Of a DNA stretch of 64,000 nucleotides, positions 36,121-49,931 are shown in pieces (the first letter of the stretch is position 1; the number at the start of each line of letters is the position of its first letter). The position numbers were made by a program, and so were the translations under genes. Below the pieces are notes generated by a model. That model was not told where the DNA came from, searched no databases, and saw only the letters and a program-made list of their open reading frames with translations. Location of the stretch: contig NMRA01000462.1 of NCBI GenBank assembly GCA_002633005.1, forward strand, positions 165,594-229,593, read 5' to 3'. This DNA comes from Phoronis australis (taxonomy: Eukaryota > Animalia > Phoronida).

Positions 36121-36451
36121 CATTTCCTATGAACAAGCGCGCCACCTGGTAGGTGATCGCAAGATTCAACTCCTGGACTTTTACCTCGCCAGGATAGCTG
36201 CCTGCTAGATGAACCCCAAGATTGTCTTGCATGAAGATCCTCGACTCCTGATCTGGGATCACCAGCGTGCTGTCTGAGGTCCGAGGGTCCGTGTAGTGCT
36301 TCATCGGTATATCATCCATTTGCCGACTACGCCAATTGTCATAATAGCTGGGAATCAAACCAGTGATCCCTATTTAACCGGCGAACGTGCAAACCATTCA
36401 GCTAATGAATGGGCAATTCCCCGTTTGCGAGTGGCTAACAGAGGCTCATAT

Positions 36452-37122
36452 CACAGGCGTCCTCAGCTTCTGATCGTCCCCAATACACTACATATAATAC
36501 TACAAGGTATGACACTTCGGACTTGAAATTCCACGGGTGCTTCACTTCAGCCGTCCATAGCAAACATAAAACTCAATAAATTTGCACAAAAAAGAGGTTC
36601 AACAAACCATGAAGAATTGTTCTTTCTCCCAATACCATTCACGGTGTCCTGTTACGGCGACTTCGTAAGAAATTCGCAGTCAAAGAACAAAAATGTTCAC
36701 AAAAAGCCCCCACACACGTTCTCCCTAGGCCCGTCGAGGTCAAGGACGGTTACGGAAATTGCCGGTGAGTTACGGAAGTAGTGACATCGTGACTTTACGC
36801 GACAAAGCGGCAATTTCCGTAACCGTCCTTGACCTCGACGGGCCTAGGGAGAACGTGTGTGGGGGCTTTTTGTGAACATTTTTGTTCTTTGACTGCGAAT
36901 TTGTTACGAAGTCGCCGTAACAGGACACCGTGAATGGTATTGGGAGAAAGAACAATTCTTCATGGTTTGTTGAACCCCTGTTTTGTGCAAGTTTATTGAG
37001 TTTTATGTTTGCTATGGACGGCTGAAGTGAAGCACCAGTGGAATTTCAAGTCCGAAGTGTCATACCTTGTAGTATTATATGTAGTGTATTGGTTACGCGA
37101 TCAGAAGCTGAGGACGCCTGTG
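36452..37122. mobile_element. 671-bp foldback MITE with 8-bp TSD (hAT- or P-like)
   Basis: GCTCATAT|CACAGGCGTCC...GGACGCCTGTG|GCTCATAT. Arms are 36452-36764 and 36808-37122 with a 43-bp loop. Confidence 0.92.
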
Positions 37123-37450
37123 GCTCATATATGATTCACCAGAAGCACGTTTCGCAACACCCCTTTCAGTTTGCTGTTTTGTAGCCGTAGTATAGCGACC
37201 ACCTTTGACTTGAATAGTTGCAATTTATTAAAACGAGCAGAGATCGAAGTAAACAAAATCAAGGGAACTCCTAATCCAGTGGCTTAAGCCCAAACTAGTA
37301 CAGTACTTAAAGGTGTGTTCAAGTTTGTTACGTACATTTCATTGTTGTTTTATTACTTCATTGTATTATATTACTGTTTTTCTCGTTGAGGGCCCTCTTG
37401 GAAAGCAGTGCTATCACTGAAGAGGTCGCCCTCATTTTCAATATCACAAC

Positions 37451-37452
37451 AA

Positions 37453-37483
<31 letters not shown>

Positions 37484-37484
37484 A
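37451..37484. repeat. (AATA)n microsatellite
   Basis: About 8 perfect units. Confidence 0.95.
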
Positions 37485-39404
37485 CAAGTGATAGCGATGT
37501 GATCGGTATACTTATGACCAAGGCATGTGTATTGGTGCCCACACATTGAATTCTGTGTGTCATTTATCGTGTTTTCACAGGGCCACTTTTTAATGTTTTC
37601 TTTGAAATAACACTAAATAAGGCTCTTGATCACTTATTGCAAGTTTGAGATTTTCTGTTTATTCTAGAATGTGTCATGAATATTCAGTCAGTAGGCCTAT
37701 TGCCCAATATCATTCAAATAGTAGCCTTACTAAATAGTTTAAAAATAACAACCACTTGGCCTTAGTTCCACTGTGAAATTAACAGTGAGTTTGTAATAGA
37801 CAAACCCGTTATAAATTTAACCATAGATGAACAGGACTTGTTTATTGTGTTCTATTATCAGGTACGTCAAGGAACTTTAACATACTGCATGCTGGGAACT
37901 GGGAACCTTATTTCATGGGATATCTGTCAATAGTATTGTGCGTGACATAATGTTCCTATCAAATAAAAAGGATATTCATTGTAAGGCTTATGAAAAATAT
38001 TAAATCCTAATCAAAATGCCTGTCGAGAAAATATTATAATGCGCTTGTCCAATTCTTAAAGACTAAATAGCCTGGTACCTATGATGTCACATATGCGAAG
38101 CGCAAGGTTGGCCGGGTACACTATTTCACAGGTACAGTATTTCACACTACACTGGTGGGAGATAGCGGTCCTAATGTAGAGAACCATGTAATCACTGAAT
38201 AATCCACCCATTATTCTGTGGATGAAAGTTATTTTTCTAAGTAATAGTCGGATAGGTGGATCTCTGATTTAAAATTGATATGAGAACCAGTTACTACCAC
38301 CAAGTAACAGACATTGTTTCGTTGGAGTTACTGGTCCTCAAATCAGGAACCCATGTATCCGACTATTACCTTCTTCTAAATCATGGACCGCTATTATGTG
38401 ACATTGAGTGACGGTCATTACCGTTATTCAGTGAAAATGGTCCCTGTCAGACATTTTGAAGTTGTACCCATTTAGGCGTTGACTTTTACCGCATTAGATT
38501 TGAGTGTCTAAATTGTTCAGCTGAGAAGCAATTGTCTCTTGCAAGCTGGCTTTACAAAGACTGTATCAAAAAATCAGACTGATCCAAAAATCAAACAGTT
38601 TATAAAATCTGGCTTCATAGAAAATCTGAGATATCAATAACATCAATTTCCGTTACGTTCCATTGCAATGCGTTCAACATACGGTACCGCTCGTTTCTTA
38701 CAGCACTGCCTTGTTTTGAATATAACGAGAGAGGGTGCAATTCAGACGGTCACATAAAATGATTACAAAATGTTGAATCTCAAATCTTTCTCCACAGTGA
38801 GAACATCTTAATAAACTAACAATCTACCACTGTTTCATTTTTTCTTTGTCTTTAAACTAAATTCAAACCCCGGCAGAGCGCGTCATGCCAAAAGCCCAAA
38901 GAGATAGTTTACACTGTAGGGAGATTGCTCAAGCTTTGGTCATTTGTTGGTTTAGTTTAGTTTCCAATGGTAACAAATACATACACTATGTTACATGAAG
39001 TGCAAGCTGAACATGGAAAGGGTGATAGCTGTAGTACAAAGTACTTGGTAGTCCCACCACAAGGTGTTGGAGTAATACTACATATGTTCTCTAGAAACTA
39101 CGGTGGACTTCTATAACATGAAAATCCTTGAAACTAGTGAACAGATATGAACCAAAAATATTGCAATAATTATAACAATGAAAAATCCTATTTCTGTCCA
39201 TCACTGTTACGTAACTGAAACGAATGTTTCAAAGTAAGTGCTGCTGCATTGCGTGATGCTTAAACATTTTGCTCAGGTTTCAAAAAACTGTTCATTATGA
39301 AAACCGTAGGATCGATAGCACTATTGACACTTTTTTCTCAAGATGGCGTCGTTAATTAACAATTCTGCACACGTGTGTATTAGATGATTGCAAAGAATTC
39401 TCAT

Positions 39405-40772
39405 TGACAAATTCACGGGTGAGAAACAACATGACCGCCGGACTCAAAACATGTCCGCTGGTCCTCCAAATCAGACCGAATCGCTACAAAACAGGACCTA
39501 CGGGGATCAAATGGGACCGCCGCACCAGAAAATGGGACTGACATACCTAAAAACATGACTGCCCACCACAAAACAGGACCTCCGGAGTCTGAACAGGACA
39601 GCCGAACGAAATGTAATTATCAATGCCTTTTTGTGATACTGCGGGTTACGACGTAACCGGTCAGCTAGCTGTGTAGACTATCATCAAAATACAACTTGGT
39701 AGCACTCTGTGTTGCTTGGTTGTGCTTGTGACACACGCACACGCCGTTTCCTAAAATTTTGCGACATCTTTCAGAAGATGATATTGAGTTTCTCAGCAGC
39801 AAAACTTGTTCTGAAAGTCGGTTTGCTGGTATTAAAATACTAAAAACTTGTAAAGGTCAGAAACCAGTTCTGATAATTTGTTGTGCCATGTACACAAATT
39901 CGTGGAAGTGGAAAAGAAGAAAAAGTTGATTGAAGAATCGAGGAAAAATGAAACTGGCCAATTGGCCAGTTTCATTGATGAAAACCCACCCAAAAGAACG
40001 CATCTCAATTTTAGCAGCAGAATAACGGCAGAACGACAATTTTTCCTGAGTGCCGATGAATAATTTTGTTAACTCATTGAAGAGTGTCGTTAATAACAGT
40101 AATTTTGTGAAGATATTACTTGTTCAGTTTTTTACCCACATCGGTGCAAAGTTGTATATTTGGTATACAGCTTTGCAGCACCAAGGCTAATTATGATAAT
40201 TTACCCGAGAACCAGAACGCCCATTTTTGACTTGACTAAAACGTCAAATTGCAGTGGATAAAATTATAAATATTTAGCTCAAAAGTGTGCAACGTGGTTG
40301 GTTTGTGGTTATGAATTTTAAATGTTGATCTTTCAATTGTTTATAAGTCGCATACTGCAGCAGAGCCTGGTGCAATATAACTCAAATGCGCCGTGTTTTA
40401 CAAAGCGAAGTGTCCTGTAGCACACAAAAGATTTTGGTGGATTAATCAACATAAGATCTGCATATGTATATAGCCCGACTTTATGATCACTATAGGCGTA
40501 CTGTCAACTGAACAGTCATAAAACTTAACCTGATTGTCACTACGGTTTCAATCCCCGGCGGTCATGTTCAGTCTCTGGCAGTCACGTTCAGTCTCCGGCG
40601 GTCATGTTCAGTCTCCAACTGTCATGTTCAGTCTCCAGCGATCCTGTTTTGTGGTGGGGAGGTCTTGTCTGCAGGTGCGGCGGTCCCATTTGATCCCCAC
40701 AGGTCCTGCTTTGTGGTGAGTCGGTCCAATTTGGAGGACCGGCAGTCATGTTGTTTTTCACCCTTGAAATTG
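39405..40772. mobile_element. TIR element with ~200-bp diverged inverted arms and ~20-bp subterminal tandem units
   Basis: gggtgagaaacaacatgaccgccgg...ggggatcaaatgggaccgccgcacc versus ggtgcggcggtcccatttgatcccc...ggcagtcatgttgtttttcaccc, plus (gtcatgttcagtctcc...)n. Confidence 0.65.
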
Positions 40773-42703
40773 AACTCTCTGGCTCTGTGGTTGCTCTACT
40801 TGTCAAAAGATGTTATCTGTGTTCTATCATCAATATATTACTGTAGATAATCAGTGTTCTTAAAACAACCATTTGTGGTGCTAAATTATATAATTTCTTT
40901 CAAATTAATTGCTCAACAGCTAAAATTAAATCTGTAAGTTTACCTTGATAAGTTGTAAACCTGTTAGTACATTTTTGCGATTTTTATGTCAGATGTTGTT
41001 TACTGGTGATTGGTTTTGTTCTGTCTTTAATGAAAAGTGGTCATCAGCAGTTTGTGGTACTACAGATTTTGGAAATCACAGTGTCCATCCTATAAATAGA
41101 CCTGCATTTGCTGAAATGTTGAAGTTTTCAAGTGCATGTCATTCACCTACAGATTTGCTGTCACATTCAAGTAAACACCCAATAGATGTCACTATATGGT
41201 TCAAGCCTGTAACATCTCATTTGAAAAACATTGTGCACTCTTAGTTGATTTAGCATGACGTCAAAAACTAATTCTTTAAGGTTATGTAGGATCTTACATG
41301 GTTGTGTATTCAGCCAAATGTCTGCAAGTAAAAGTATATATTTTCTGAAAGTAAAGAGCCTGCAGAATTTTATTTTTGACTTCATGCCATTGTGTCATTA
41401 ATTAGGTCACGTGACCATGTCTTTTTAGTAAAAATTGATAAAAAACTTTAGCATCAATGACACGACCAAATTTTGTTCAAGATTAAATCTCAAAAACGCT
41501 GATGAAGTTTTCCAATTTGTTATCTCGTTTTTGTTTCATGCAAGTGATATTTTTCATAAAAATCATAAATATCCCAATTTTGATCTATATAATTATAGTC
41601 CTCCATGCAAATGTGGAGTGTTTTAAAAACAATTTAGAATTTGTTAGACCAATGAATAAACCATAGTATTTCAAAGTTTCATATGAATTAGGTGTGCCGT
41701 TTCTGAGATATGATGTTCCGAAGTTTGCACATTTTTGTAGGTTCTCGCATGACCTTGATTTATTACAGGATGTCAATGATATAATAGAAGGCATTGCTTT
41801 GACACAACCTTTCATTTGTAAGAAAGGTATTACTTAAGTTTTAATACCTCATGAACTTTGTCTTATTGTGCAACTTCTGTCATTCTCCTTGACCGGTCAT
41901 GACACTGACTGTCCGACTGTCCTCTTTAGCGGGGGNAATGCAAACGCTGGCTTAGTTTTCAAAAGGTTCTAAAAAAACCCTGCTTTTCTTCGATATGATT
42001 GTTTTATTGTGGTAGGTGTGTAAGAAGGCAAAAATGATATAGGCACTGACATACATATTCAACGTCATTAAACTTTCCTCCCACTCCCTTTTCCCTAGTT
42101 GAGCAGACATCCATCACCGAAATTCAGTCAAAAAGCGTAGTTGGTTCTGGTCATTTTTTTCAAAAATCAAATCGGTGATGCATTATTTTTTAGTTATTCA
42201 GTTTTGTTTTTTTTTTTTGTTTTTTATTCCCATTGCTTGGAAAATCGTGGTATTGCAAACTTTGCTTACCCTTGCTTATGTGCCTTAGTGCAGCTTTCCC
42301 AAAAACACAAGACCTTGGCTGAAATTAATTGGGTTGGGTTTTTTTGTTTTGCTTTTTTTTAGTCAGTGATTGCGGGTCTCAGAATGGGTCTCGGTGTATT
42401 ATGAAATATGTACAAGCAAGAAAACACAATCTTGTTGTAAGCCACATGGCGTTCCTCTTAGACCATGGCTAGTAACAAGGTTGCAAAATAAAAAGGGATT
42501 GGAGATCTCCCATGGAAAGTGAAATTTCAGAGAGAGGTGTGGAAGACATGCCATTGAGACGAGTGACTTTTGCTGCCAGATTCTCTTCGAAAGGGGTTCC
42601 TTTTGTGAATAAATTCGCTATGGAGGGGTTAAGTTTTAGGGACGGAAATTTACTAGTATAAGAGTCCATTTCCTGTTTATTGAGGTTTGGACATAGCCCA
42701 AGG

Positions 42704-43500
42704 GTTTTTTATGTCCTCATCTCTGTCAGGGCGTCCTGCGTCCGCTGCTGTATCTCTTAAACCCCTTGTAGGATCATAATGAGATTTGGCACGTATGTTC
42801 CTATAAGGCTCGTGTCGGATGATGACGAGTTTTGGACCAGTCTGAATACCGCTGTGACTCCTAGTGGCAATTTCATTTTTTATGTTTGCCTCTGTATCTT
42901 CAAAGTTTCTTAATGGATTTTCATGCAATTTTGGAAATAGGTTTTTAATAAAAAGGCAATGAGGCTATTCCATTTTTGGACGAATTTTACGTCATATTGT
43001 GGCCATTTTTGTTATTTTTTACGTCCATTTTTGTGAAATTTGAAAGATTTACTTCTATGGAGTCATTAACGAACGTTAATGAGTGCCGAACTGATCCAAA
43101 TACCACTGTGCCCTGTAGTGGCAAAATGCTTTCCTTTTACGTTTGCCTGTGTCTTTGAAGTTTTTTAATGTACTTCCATGAAATTCGGCAAATAGGTTTC
43201 TATTAAGGAGAGGAAAACTCCTTCCCATTTTCGGACAGACTTGATATTTCGGTGTCACCTACTGGCCATTTAAATTTTTTTGCATATGTTTTTGACGTCT
43301 GCCACTCATTCTGCCAAACAACTCAAAGGATCACTACGAAAATTGATGGTTGTATTCCTGATCCGGATGACATTGATTTTTGGATGTTTTATACTATGCT
43401 GGTGCCACCTAGGGGCAATTTTGCTTTTGCATCTATGGCTGTGTCTCCTTAACGTGTGAAGGTTCTTGGTGAAATTAAGCCATTGGGCTCCTGTAGAGAT
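42704..43500 (+). mobile_element. Helentron/HINE-like element with internal diverged ~125-140-bp tandem units; duplicated at 45968-46660
   Basis: tttttatg...ctgtatctc start, then repeated units with ctagtggcaa..tt...tttgcct.tgt.tctt...atgaaatt.ggca.ataggttt. Confidence 0.6.
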
Positions 43501-45050
43501 GGCAACAGATAATACATATCATTGGATGTTATAAGTTATTCTTCTGTCACTTTCAATAGCTGACCAGTTAAGTTCTATTTTGTCAAAATTTGTGCTGTCA
43601 TATAACAACATTAGAGGAAGTTTCCATCATTCGAAGAAGATAGTCTCTGAAAATGGATTTTGCCAATTATTTTTTGTGTACGGTAAAGTTGCGTGATTTT
43701 CGGACGACCCGCCATTTTCGACCAAGAATAAATATTTCCGAAATTCGTACAAGGTCCAAAAACTGTTTTTCAAAGATCCTCAAATTTCGGACATTGTCAT
43801 AAACATCGGATTTTTGCCCCGTGACTTTCGGACAAGGAAAATTTTAGAAACGCTAATTTGGGATCGACGCAACTCCCATGTCACTAACTTCAAGCGTTCA
43901 ACGAATGATTACTACTGTATAAAGCTTGAGTCCGAGAATCGGTATAACGGGTTTGTAATTTTTACCTTGTCTTGACGATGTCACAACCGTTACTCGATTG
44001 TCTTGCGTTTAGCTTGTGTTTGGCGCTTTAGGTATGAAAAGAATCACCGAGTTCCGCATAACGAAAATTTCTGATGAAAATACGAATTATAGGAAATACA
44101 CCGAAGGCTGCAACTTTTCGTTGTAGTGTAACATGTGCTCTGGTTTAAATAGGCCATGCTGTTCAACTCCCGACTGTGACATTGAACATGCACGCCTGAC
44201 ATCAACTTGCGTGTTTATGAAACGTTTTTATTTTAAAACGTCCTGGCCTTTGCAAATGCCCAACTATCGCCGGACAATAACTTTTGCTGCCACTTACCTG
44301 CGAATGATTGAAATCTTCGTGCAGCCGTTCTGGGCTTGCTTAAAAATTTTGAATGGGACAGTTAGCAAGGAATGAGCCACCACTGACTAACATTCAGACG
44401 TGCTTCTGACAACGCAATTTTTGGGTTGAAACGAAAATTTTTCATTAAAAATCTGTTTGCAGTTCAAACGTCTTTCGTTTTTCAGTGTCTTCTTGGTAGT
44501 GCTCTTTCGTGTAATGTGTTAAGCAGTGTAAGGCCCAGCACTCAGAACGGCGCGCTGGCGCAGTGCTGCACACGCATTTGCTACAGGGACACTGCATCCC
44601 TGCCTTAGTGTTGTGTAAGTGCCTGTACTATAACACATATCAAAAACTAATATACACCCAAGTAACCACGCTTCACTACCCTTGCAAATTCTCTATCTCT
44701 GATAAGCATCACAGATGCAAGAATCTCGCTAAAGCTAGTGTGATCGTGTGCTTCGCTTGCAATACTTGACGATACGTTTCGAAGTCTTCAGACTAGCGTG
44801 CTCGTGAGATTCTCACCCTTGCGGCCCTGGACGAAGACTAGGGTAGAGTTCAGTAGCTGTCTTAGGAATAGAAAAATCTAGCCAAAATCACGTTTTCAAC
44901 TGAAAATACACAATATGTCACGTAATCTCATGAATTCTTGCTCTTTAGTGAAGTCCTAGCGTTACGAGCTTTACCCTTATGTAGACCTAAAAAAGATGGA
45001 ATATGCGGCGACCTAATTTTGCTTGCTCATCCACTGGTCTGTGTACTTGA

Positions 45051-45439
45051 TGTGCACTTTTACAGTATTTGTGCACTTTTATAGCACTTGTGCACTTTTA
45101 CAGTACTTGTGCACTTTTACAGTACTCGTGCACTTTTATAGCACTTGTGCACTTTTATAGTATTTGTGCACTTTTATAGCACTTGTGCACTTTTACAGTA
45201 CTTGTGCACTTTTACAGTACTTCTGCACTTTTATAGCACTTATGCACTTTTACAGTATTTGTGCACTTTTATAGCACTTGTGCACTTTTACAGTACTTGT
45301 GCACTTTTACAGTACTTCTGCACTTTTATAGCACTTATGCACTTTTATAGTATTTGTGCACTTTTATAGTACTTGTGCACTTTTATAGTACTTGTGCATT
45401 TTTATAGTATTTGTGCACTTTTATAGTACTTGTGCACTT
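45051..45439. repeat. 19-bp minisatellite, ~20 copies
   Basis: Unit TGTGCACTTTTAYAGYAYT. Confidence 0.95.
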
Positions 45440-45616
45440 CAATATTTCATCTCCTTATCCTGTCTTCATTGTCTGTACCGGCATTTAGGCCCATGCATCT
45501 AAATCCCAGCCAGTGCACATTTCTTTGCAAAATACATTGCCCAAGTGTGTAACATTATCCGCGTATGAGCTTAGGTGTGTCTTATAGTCAGGATTTCTTT
45601 GCACTTAAATTGAACA

Positions 45617-45966
45617 TTTTTATGCGCCCACATATTTATATGTGGACGCATTATGCCGTCATCTCCGTCCGTCCATTCGTCCGTCCGGGCGGCGTCCGTC
45701 CGTCCGGGCGGCATCCGTCCGGCGTCCGCTGCTTTATCTCCAAAACCCTTTGACATACGTTTATGAAATTTGGCACATATGTTCCATTCATGAATGGGAC
45801 GGCATGTGCGAGCTTTTGGACGGATCTGACTACCGGTGTGCCCCCTAGTGGCAATTTTAGTTTTTTACGCTTACATTTGTATCTTCAAAAGTCATGAACG
45901 GATTTTCATGAAATTTGGTATGTAGGCACCTATTAGTGAGATGACGCTATCCTGCCGTTTTCAGAT
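45617..45966 (+). mobile_element. Helentron/HINE (DINE-1/pearl-like) element 5' part
   Basis: T-run start, subterminal hairpin ATGCGCCCACATA-TTTA-TATGTGGACGCAT, (GTCC)n microsatellite, then core repeat units. Confidence 0.65.
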
Positions 45967-46840
45967 NCGTGTTAGATGATGACGAGTTTTGGACCAGTCT
46001 GAATACCGCTGTGACTCCTAGTGGCAATTTCATTTTTTATGTTTGCCTCTGTATTTTCAAAGTTTCTTAATGGATTTTCATGCAATTTTGGAAATAGGTT
46101 TTTAATAAAAAGGCAATGAGGCTATTCCATTTTTGGACGGATTTTACGTCATATTGTGGCCATTTTTGTTATTTTTTACATCCATTTTTGTGAAATTTAA
46201 AAGATTTACTTCTATGGAGTCACTAACGAACGTTAATGAGTGCCGAACTGATTCAAATACCACTGTGCCCTGTAGTGGCAAAGTGCTTTCCTTTTACGTT
46301 TGCCTGTGTCTTTGAAGTTTTTTAATGTATTTCCATGAAATTCGGCAAATAGGTTTCTATTAAGGAGAGGAAAACTCCTTCCCATTTTCGGACAGACTTG
46401 ATATTTCGGTGTCACCTACTGGCCATTTAAATTTTTTTGCATATGTTTTTGACGTCTGCCACTCATTCTGCCAAACGACTCAAAGGATCACTACGAAAAT
46501 TGATGGTTGTATTCCTGATCCGAATGACATTGATTTTTGGATGTTTTTTACTATGCTGGTGCCACCTAGGGGCAATTTTGCTTTTGTGTCTATGGCTGTG
46601 TCTCCTTAACGTGTGAAGGTTCTTGGTGAAATTAAGCCGGTGGGCTCCTGTAGAGATGGCAATTACAGATAATACATATCATTGGATGTTATAAGTTATT
46701 CTTCTGTCACTTATAATAGCTGACCAGGGAAGTTCTATTTTGTCAAAATTTGTGCTGTCATATAACAACGTTAGAGGAAGTTTCCATCATTCGAAGAAGA
46801 TAGTCTCTGAAAATGGATTTTGCCAATTATTTTTTGTGTA

Positions 46841-48945
46841 CGGTAAAGTCGCGTGATTTTCGGACGACCCGCCATTTTCGACCAAGAATAAATATTTCCG
46901 AAATGAGTTTTTCATAGTCCACGAAATTCGTACAAGGTCCAAAAACTGTTTTTCAAAGATCCTCAAATTTCGGACATTGTCATAAACATCGGAATTTTGT
47001 CCTGCGACTTTCGGATAAGGAAAATTTTAGAAACGGTAATTTGGGATCGACGCAACTCCCATGTCACTAACTTCAAGCGTTCAACGAATGATTACCGTAC
47101 TACTGTATAAAGCTTGAGTCCGAGAATCGGTATAACGGGTTTGTAATTTTTACCTTGTCTTGACGATGTCACAACCGTTACTCGATTGTCTTGCGTTTAG
47201 CTTGTGTTTGGCGCTTTAGGTATGAAAAGAATCACCGAGTTCCGCATAACAAAAATTTCTGATGAAAATACAAATAGGAAATACACCGAAGGCTGCTCTG
47301 GTTTAAATAGGCCGTGCTGTTCAACTCCCGACTGTGACATTGAACATGCACGCCTGACATCAACTTGCGTGTTTATGAAACGTTTTTATTTTAAAACGTC
47401 CTGGCCTTTGCAAATGCCCAACTATCGCCGGAGACTGAGCTGCACGAAACTGGTGACGACCGTGGGCGGCGTTAAACTGGTGACGACCAGAAGAAACGGT
47501 CCTGTTGTCTTCCACGCAGATTATCAGAAAATGTTAACGATTATCAGTTTCATTTCATCCACAAGCCGATTTCACAAGTCAGAGTTTTCACTGTGGTTAA
47601 AAACGTAAGTGAACCCAGATGTGTTAGGTCACCTCAGTTGCATAAAGACGCGCCTGTGTATCACTGAGTAACATTGGGCGTTTCAAAGGCTGTGGATGAG
47701 AAAGGTTTTAATTGTAAAAACTGTTGGGTGAATTTGATGTTGTTTGCATTTGAAATTGCATTTGCTTTTTAGGCAACGCCCTTATATATACAATATGTTA
47801 GTTAATCATATCTTCAGCCGCGCAGCACTGTACTAGTAGACGTATTCCCATAGTTTGCAGTAGGCCTAAACATATGTAGAACGACAGTGCTTCTTCAACA
47901 ATTCAATGACTACCAGAACGACGAATGGGGATCACAATTCGATGAGAAACTACTCATTTTACTATCATGATTGTCTTTGTAATCTATTTTAGATAATTGT
48001 TCATTCGAAGTTTTTATGTTGAAACTGAGCTTTCAGGTAATATGGAAATAAACGTGTCAGAGTTAACTTGCGTTACGGTTTGTAACCAGCAGGCAATGCA
48101 TGGATACGTTTAACAAACATAAATATGTCTTATGCTCTGGTCATTGTTCATCACTTTCTTCATTGGAATCGTTCCCACATCCATTACTGTTACGTTTAAT
48201 GCAAAATTCGTTAAAATTGAGAAGCGCATGTTTTGATGGTCGGAAACCCTCTTTGTGCGTGGAATACGCAAGTCCAGCTTTTTATTGGGAAACCATATTA
48301 AAAAAGTGCCTATCGAGGCGCTCTTTGTATGTTGACAGCGCAAACTCGACATTTTTTATTGAGAAAACGCATTTTTACAAAAGTGAATCAGTTGTCTGGA
48401 ATGTTTCATGTGCGTCAACAACGCAAACCAGACCCACTCATTGGAAAGCCCATATTTGTCACCTGGAAGACTCCTTTTTCACAATGCAGCCCGCTATTTC
48501 AAGTGAGATAGCGCATTTTTGATAAGATTCCGTCACTTGCCGAGAACGGTTTTTGAGCATCGGCGAAGCAAGCCGAATATTTCATATTGAGAAAGGGCAT
48601 CTTTGAAAAGAAGAACCAACACTTGTCGGGAAAGGTATATATGCATTGACAACGCACATTTCTTATTGGGAAAGCCAGATTTTCAAAAATTAATCGCGCA
48701 GACCATTTGAGTCTTATTGACCTGCAATTATGCTGCTATCAAATGACCGAGCCAGCAATGTTTGATACTACGACCGCTCATCGAAATAATGTACACCCAG
48801 GAAATTGGGACACTAGCCGAAACCCAAATTTTGAGGTCCGCCAAATTCGGACACCACAGAAATGATGTTTCGCGAGATTCGTACAAAAATGAATTTTTTT
48901 TATTGGAATTAATTTTCAGTGTCCGAAAATCACGCGACTTTACCG
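46841..48945. mobile_element. 2.1-kb non-autonomous Tc1/mariner/pogo-type element; left end duplicated at 43681
   Basis: TA|CGGTAAAGTCGCGTGATTTTCGGAC ... GTCCGAAAATCACGCGACTTTACCG|TA: perfect 25-bp TIR and TA TSD. No transposase ORF recognised. Confidence 0.9.
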
Positions 48946-49041
48946 TAGAGAATTACTGTACTAAAAGTACTGCAGCCCTTGTTGCTCTTATTATTATTAT
49001 TAGTATGATATCTTTGTGGGATATTTCAGAACTTAAAAATA

Positions 49042-49270
49042 ATCAAGAGAATGACTGAAAGGCTATTCTGGTGAATTGTTGTATGGTTATGTCATAATCC
49101 AGAACTAATTGGATGAGATTCAAGAGAATGACCAATAGAATATTCTATTGAATTTTTGTATGTTTGGAAGAGATTCAAGAGTTCGACTGATAGGTTATTC
49201 TCTTGAATTATTGTATGGTTATGTAGTAATCCAGAACAGTTTGGAAGAGATTCTAGAAAATGACTGTCCA
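49042..49270. repeat. Degenerate tandem repeat, 3-4 units of ~55-80 bp
   Basis: Recurring ttcaagagaatgac...tattct..tgaatt.ttgtatg. Confidence 0.6.
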
Positions 49271-49931
49271 AGTTGTTCTAAAACAGTACACAACCATACA
49301 AAAATTAGTGCCAAATTGGCGTGATGCAATATTTTTTAATATGTTGTAATGGGCAAAACTAATTGCTAAAGTAGGACTTGTATAAGTAGAATCAACTTAC
49401 TCAGAGACTAAAATGTTGTGAGTTTGTACATTTCGGACTGCTCTCTACAGTCCTTTGTCAACAACTGACGACAGAACGTCCAGGTTTCCGGCTGTTCTTA
49501 TACCATACCTTCACCAAGACTATGAAAAGCCTTTTTTCAATCGAAGTAGGACTGGGTACATTGTTAAAATTTTGCCAAACTTGTTTTGTTGATGATGATG
49601 TCAAGTTTCTCTAAATATTAAGTTTTATCGAGAAATTTCTCATAATGGAATGAATGTTCATAGCTGGTGTTATTACATAGTATCGAAATAAACATTGTTA
49701 CTTGTCAGGCCTGTCCTGATACCCTGACGAAGGGCCCAGAACAGTCCGGAAGCTAGGTTCTCAAATACAACCAGGCTGCCAATAGGTAACAGTCTATTTC
49801 AAATTTCACATTGCAAGATTACTTATGATCTCCATCTTTTGAGCTATGTTGAGGAGATTAATTGTGTGGAGCAGTTGTAGATCATTAGTTTTTATCAATC
49901 ATCAACTGGTGCATTCTCCATGAGACTTGCA

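Larger units (their letters stand above)
42811..47432 (+). repeat. ~1.46-kb near-identical duplication (42811-44274 / 45968-47432) starting immediately after the N at 45967
   Basis: Colinear with small indels. The duplicated ORFs 42976/46133 and 43252/46409 reflect it. Confidence 0.8.

Noticed and set aside
45051-45439. CRISPR-like array
   Set aside because: Contiguous 19-bp units with no unique spacers, eukaryotic context and no cas genes: a minisatellite.
48100-48522. 140-aa ORF as transposase of the 46841-48945 element
   Set aside because: No HTH or DDE motifs; the region is built from short internal repeats.
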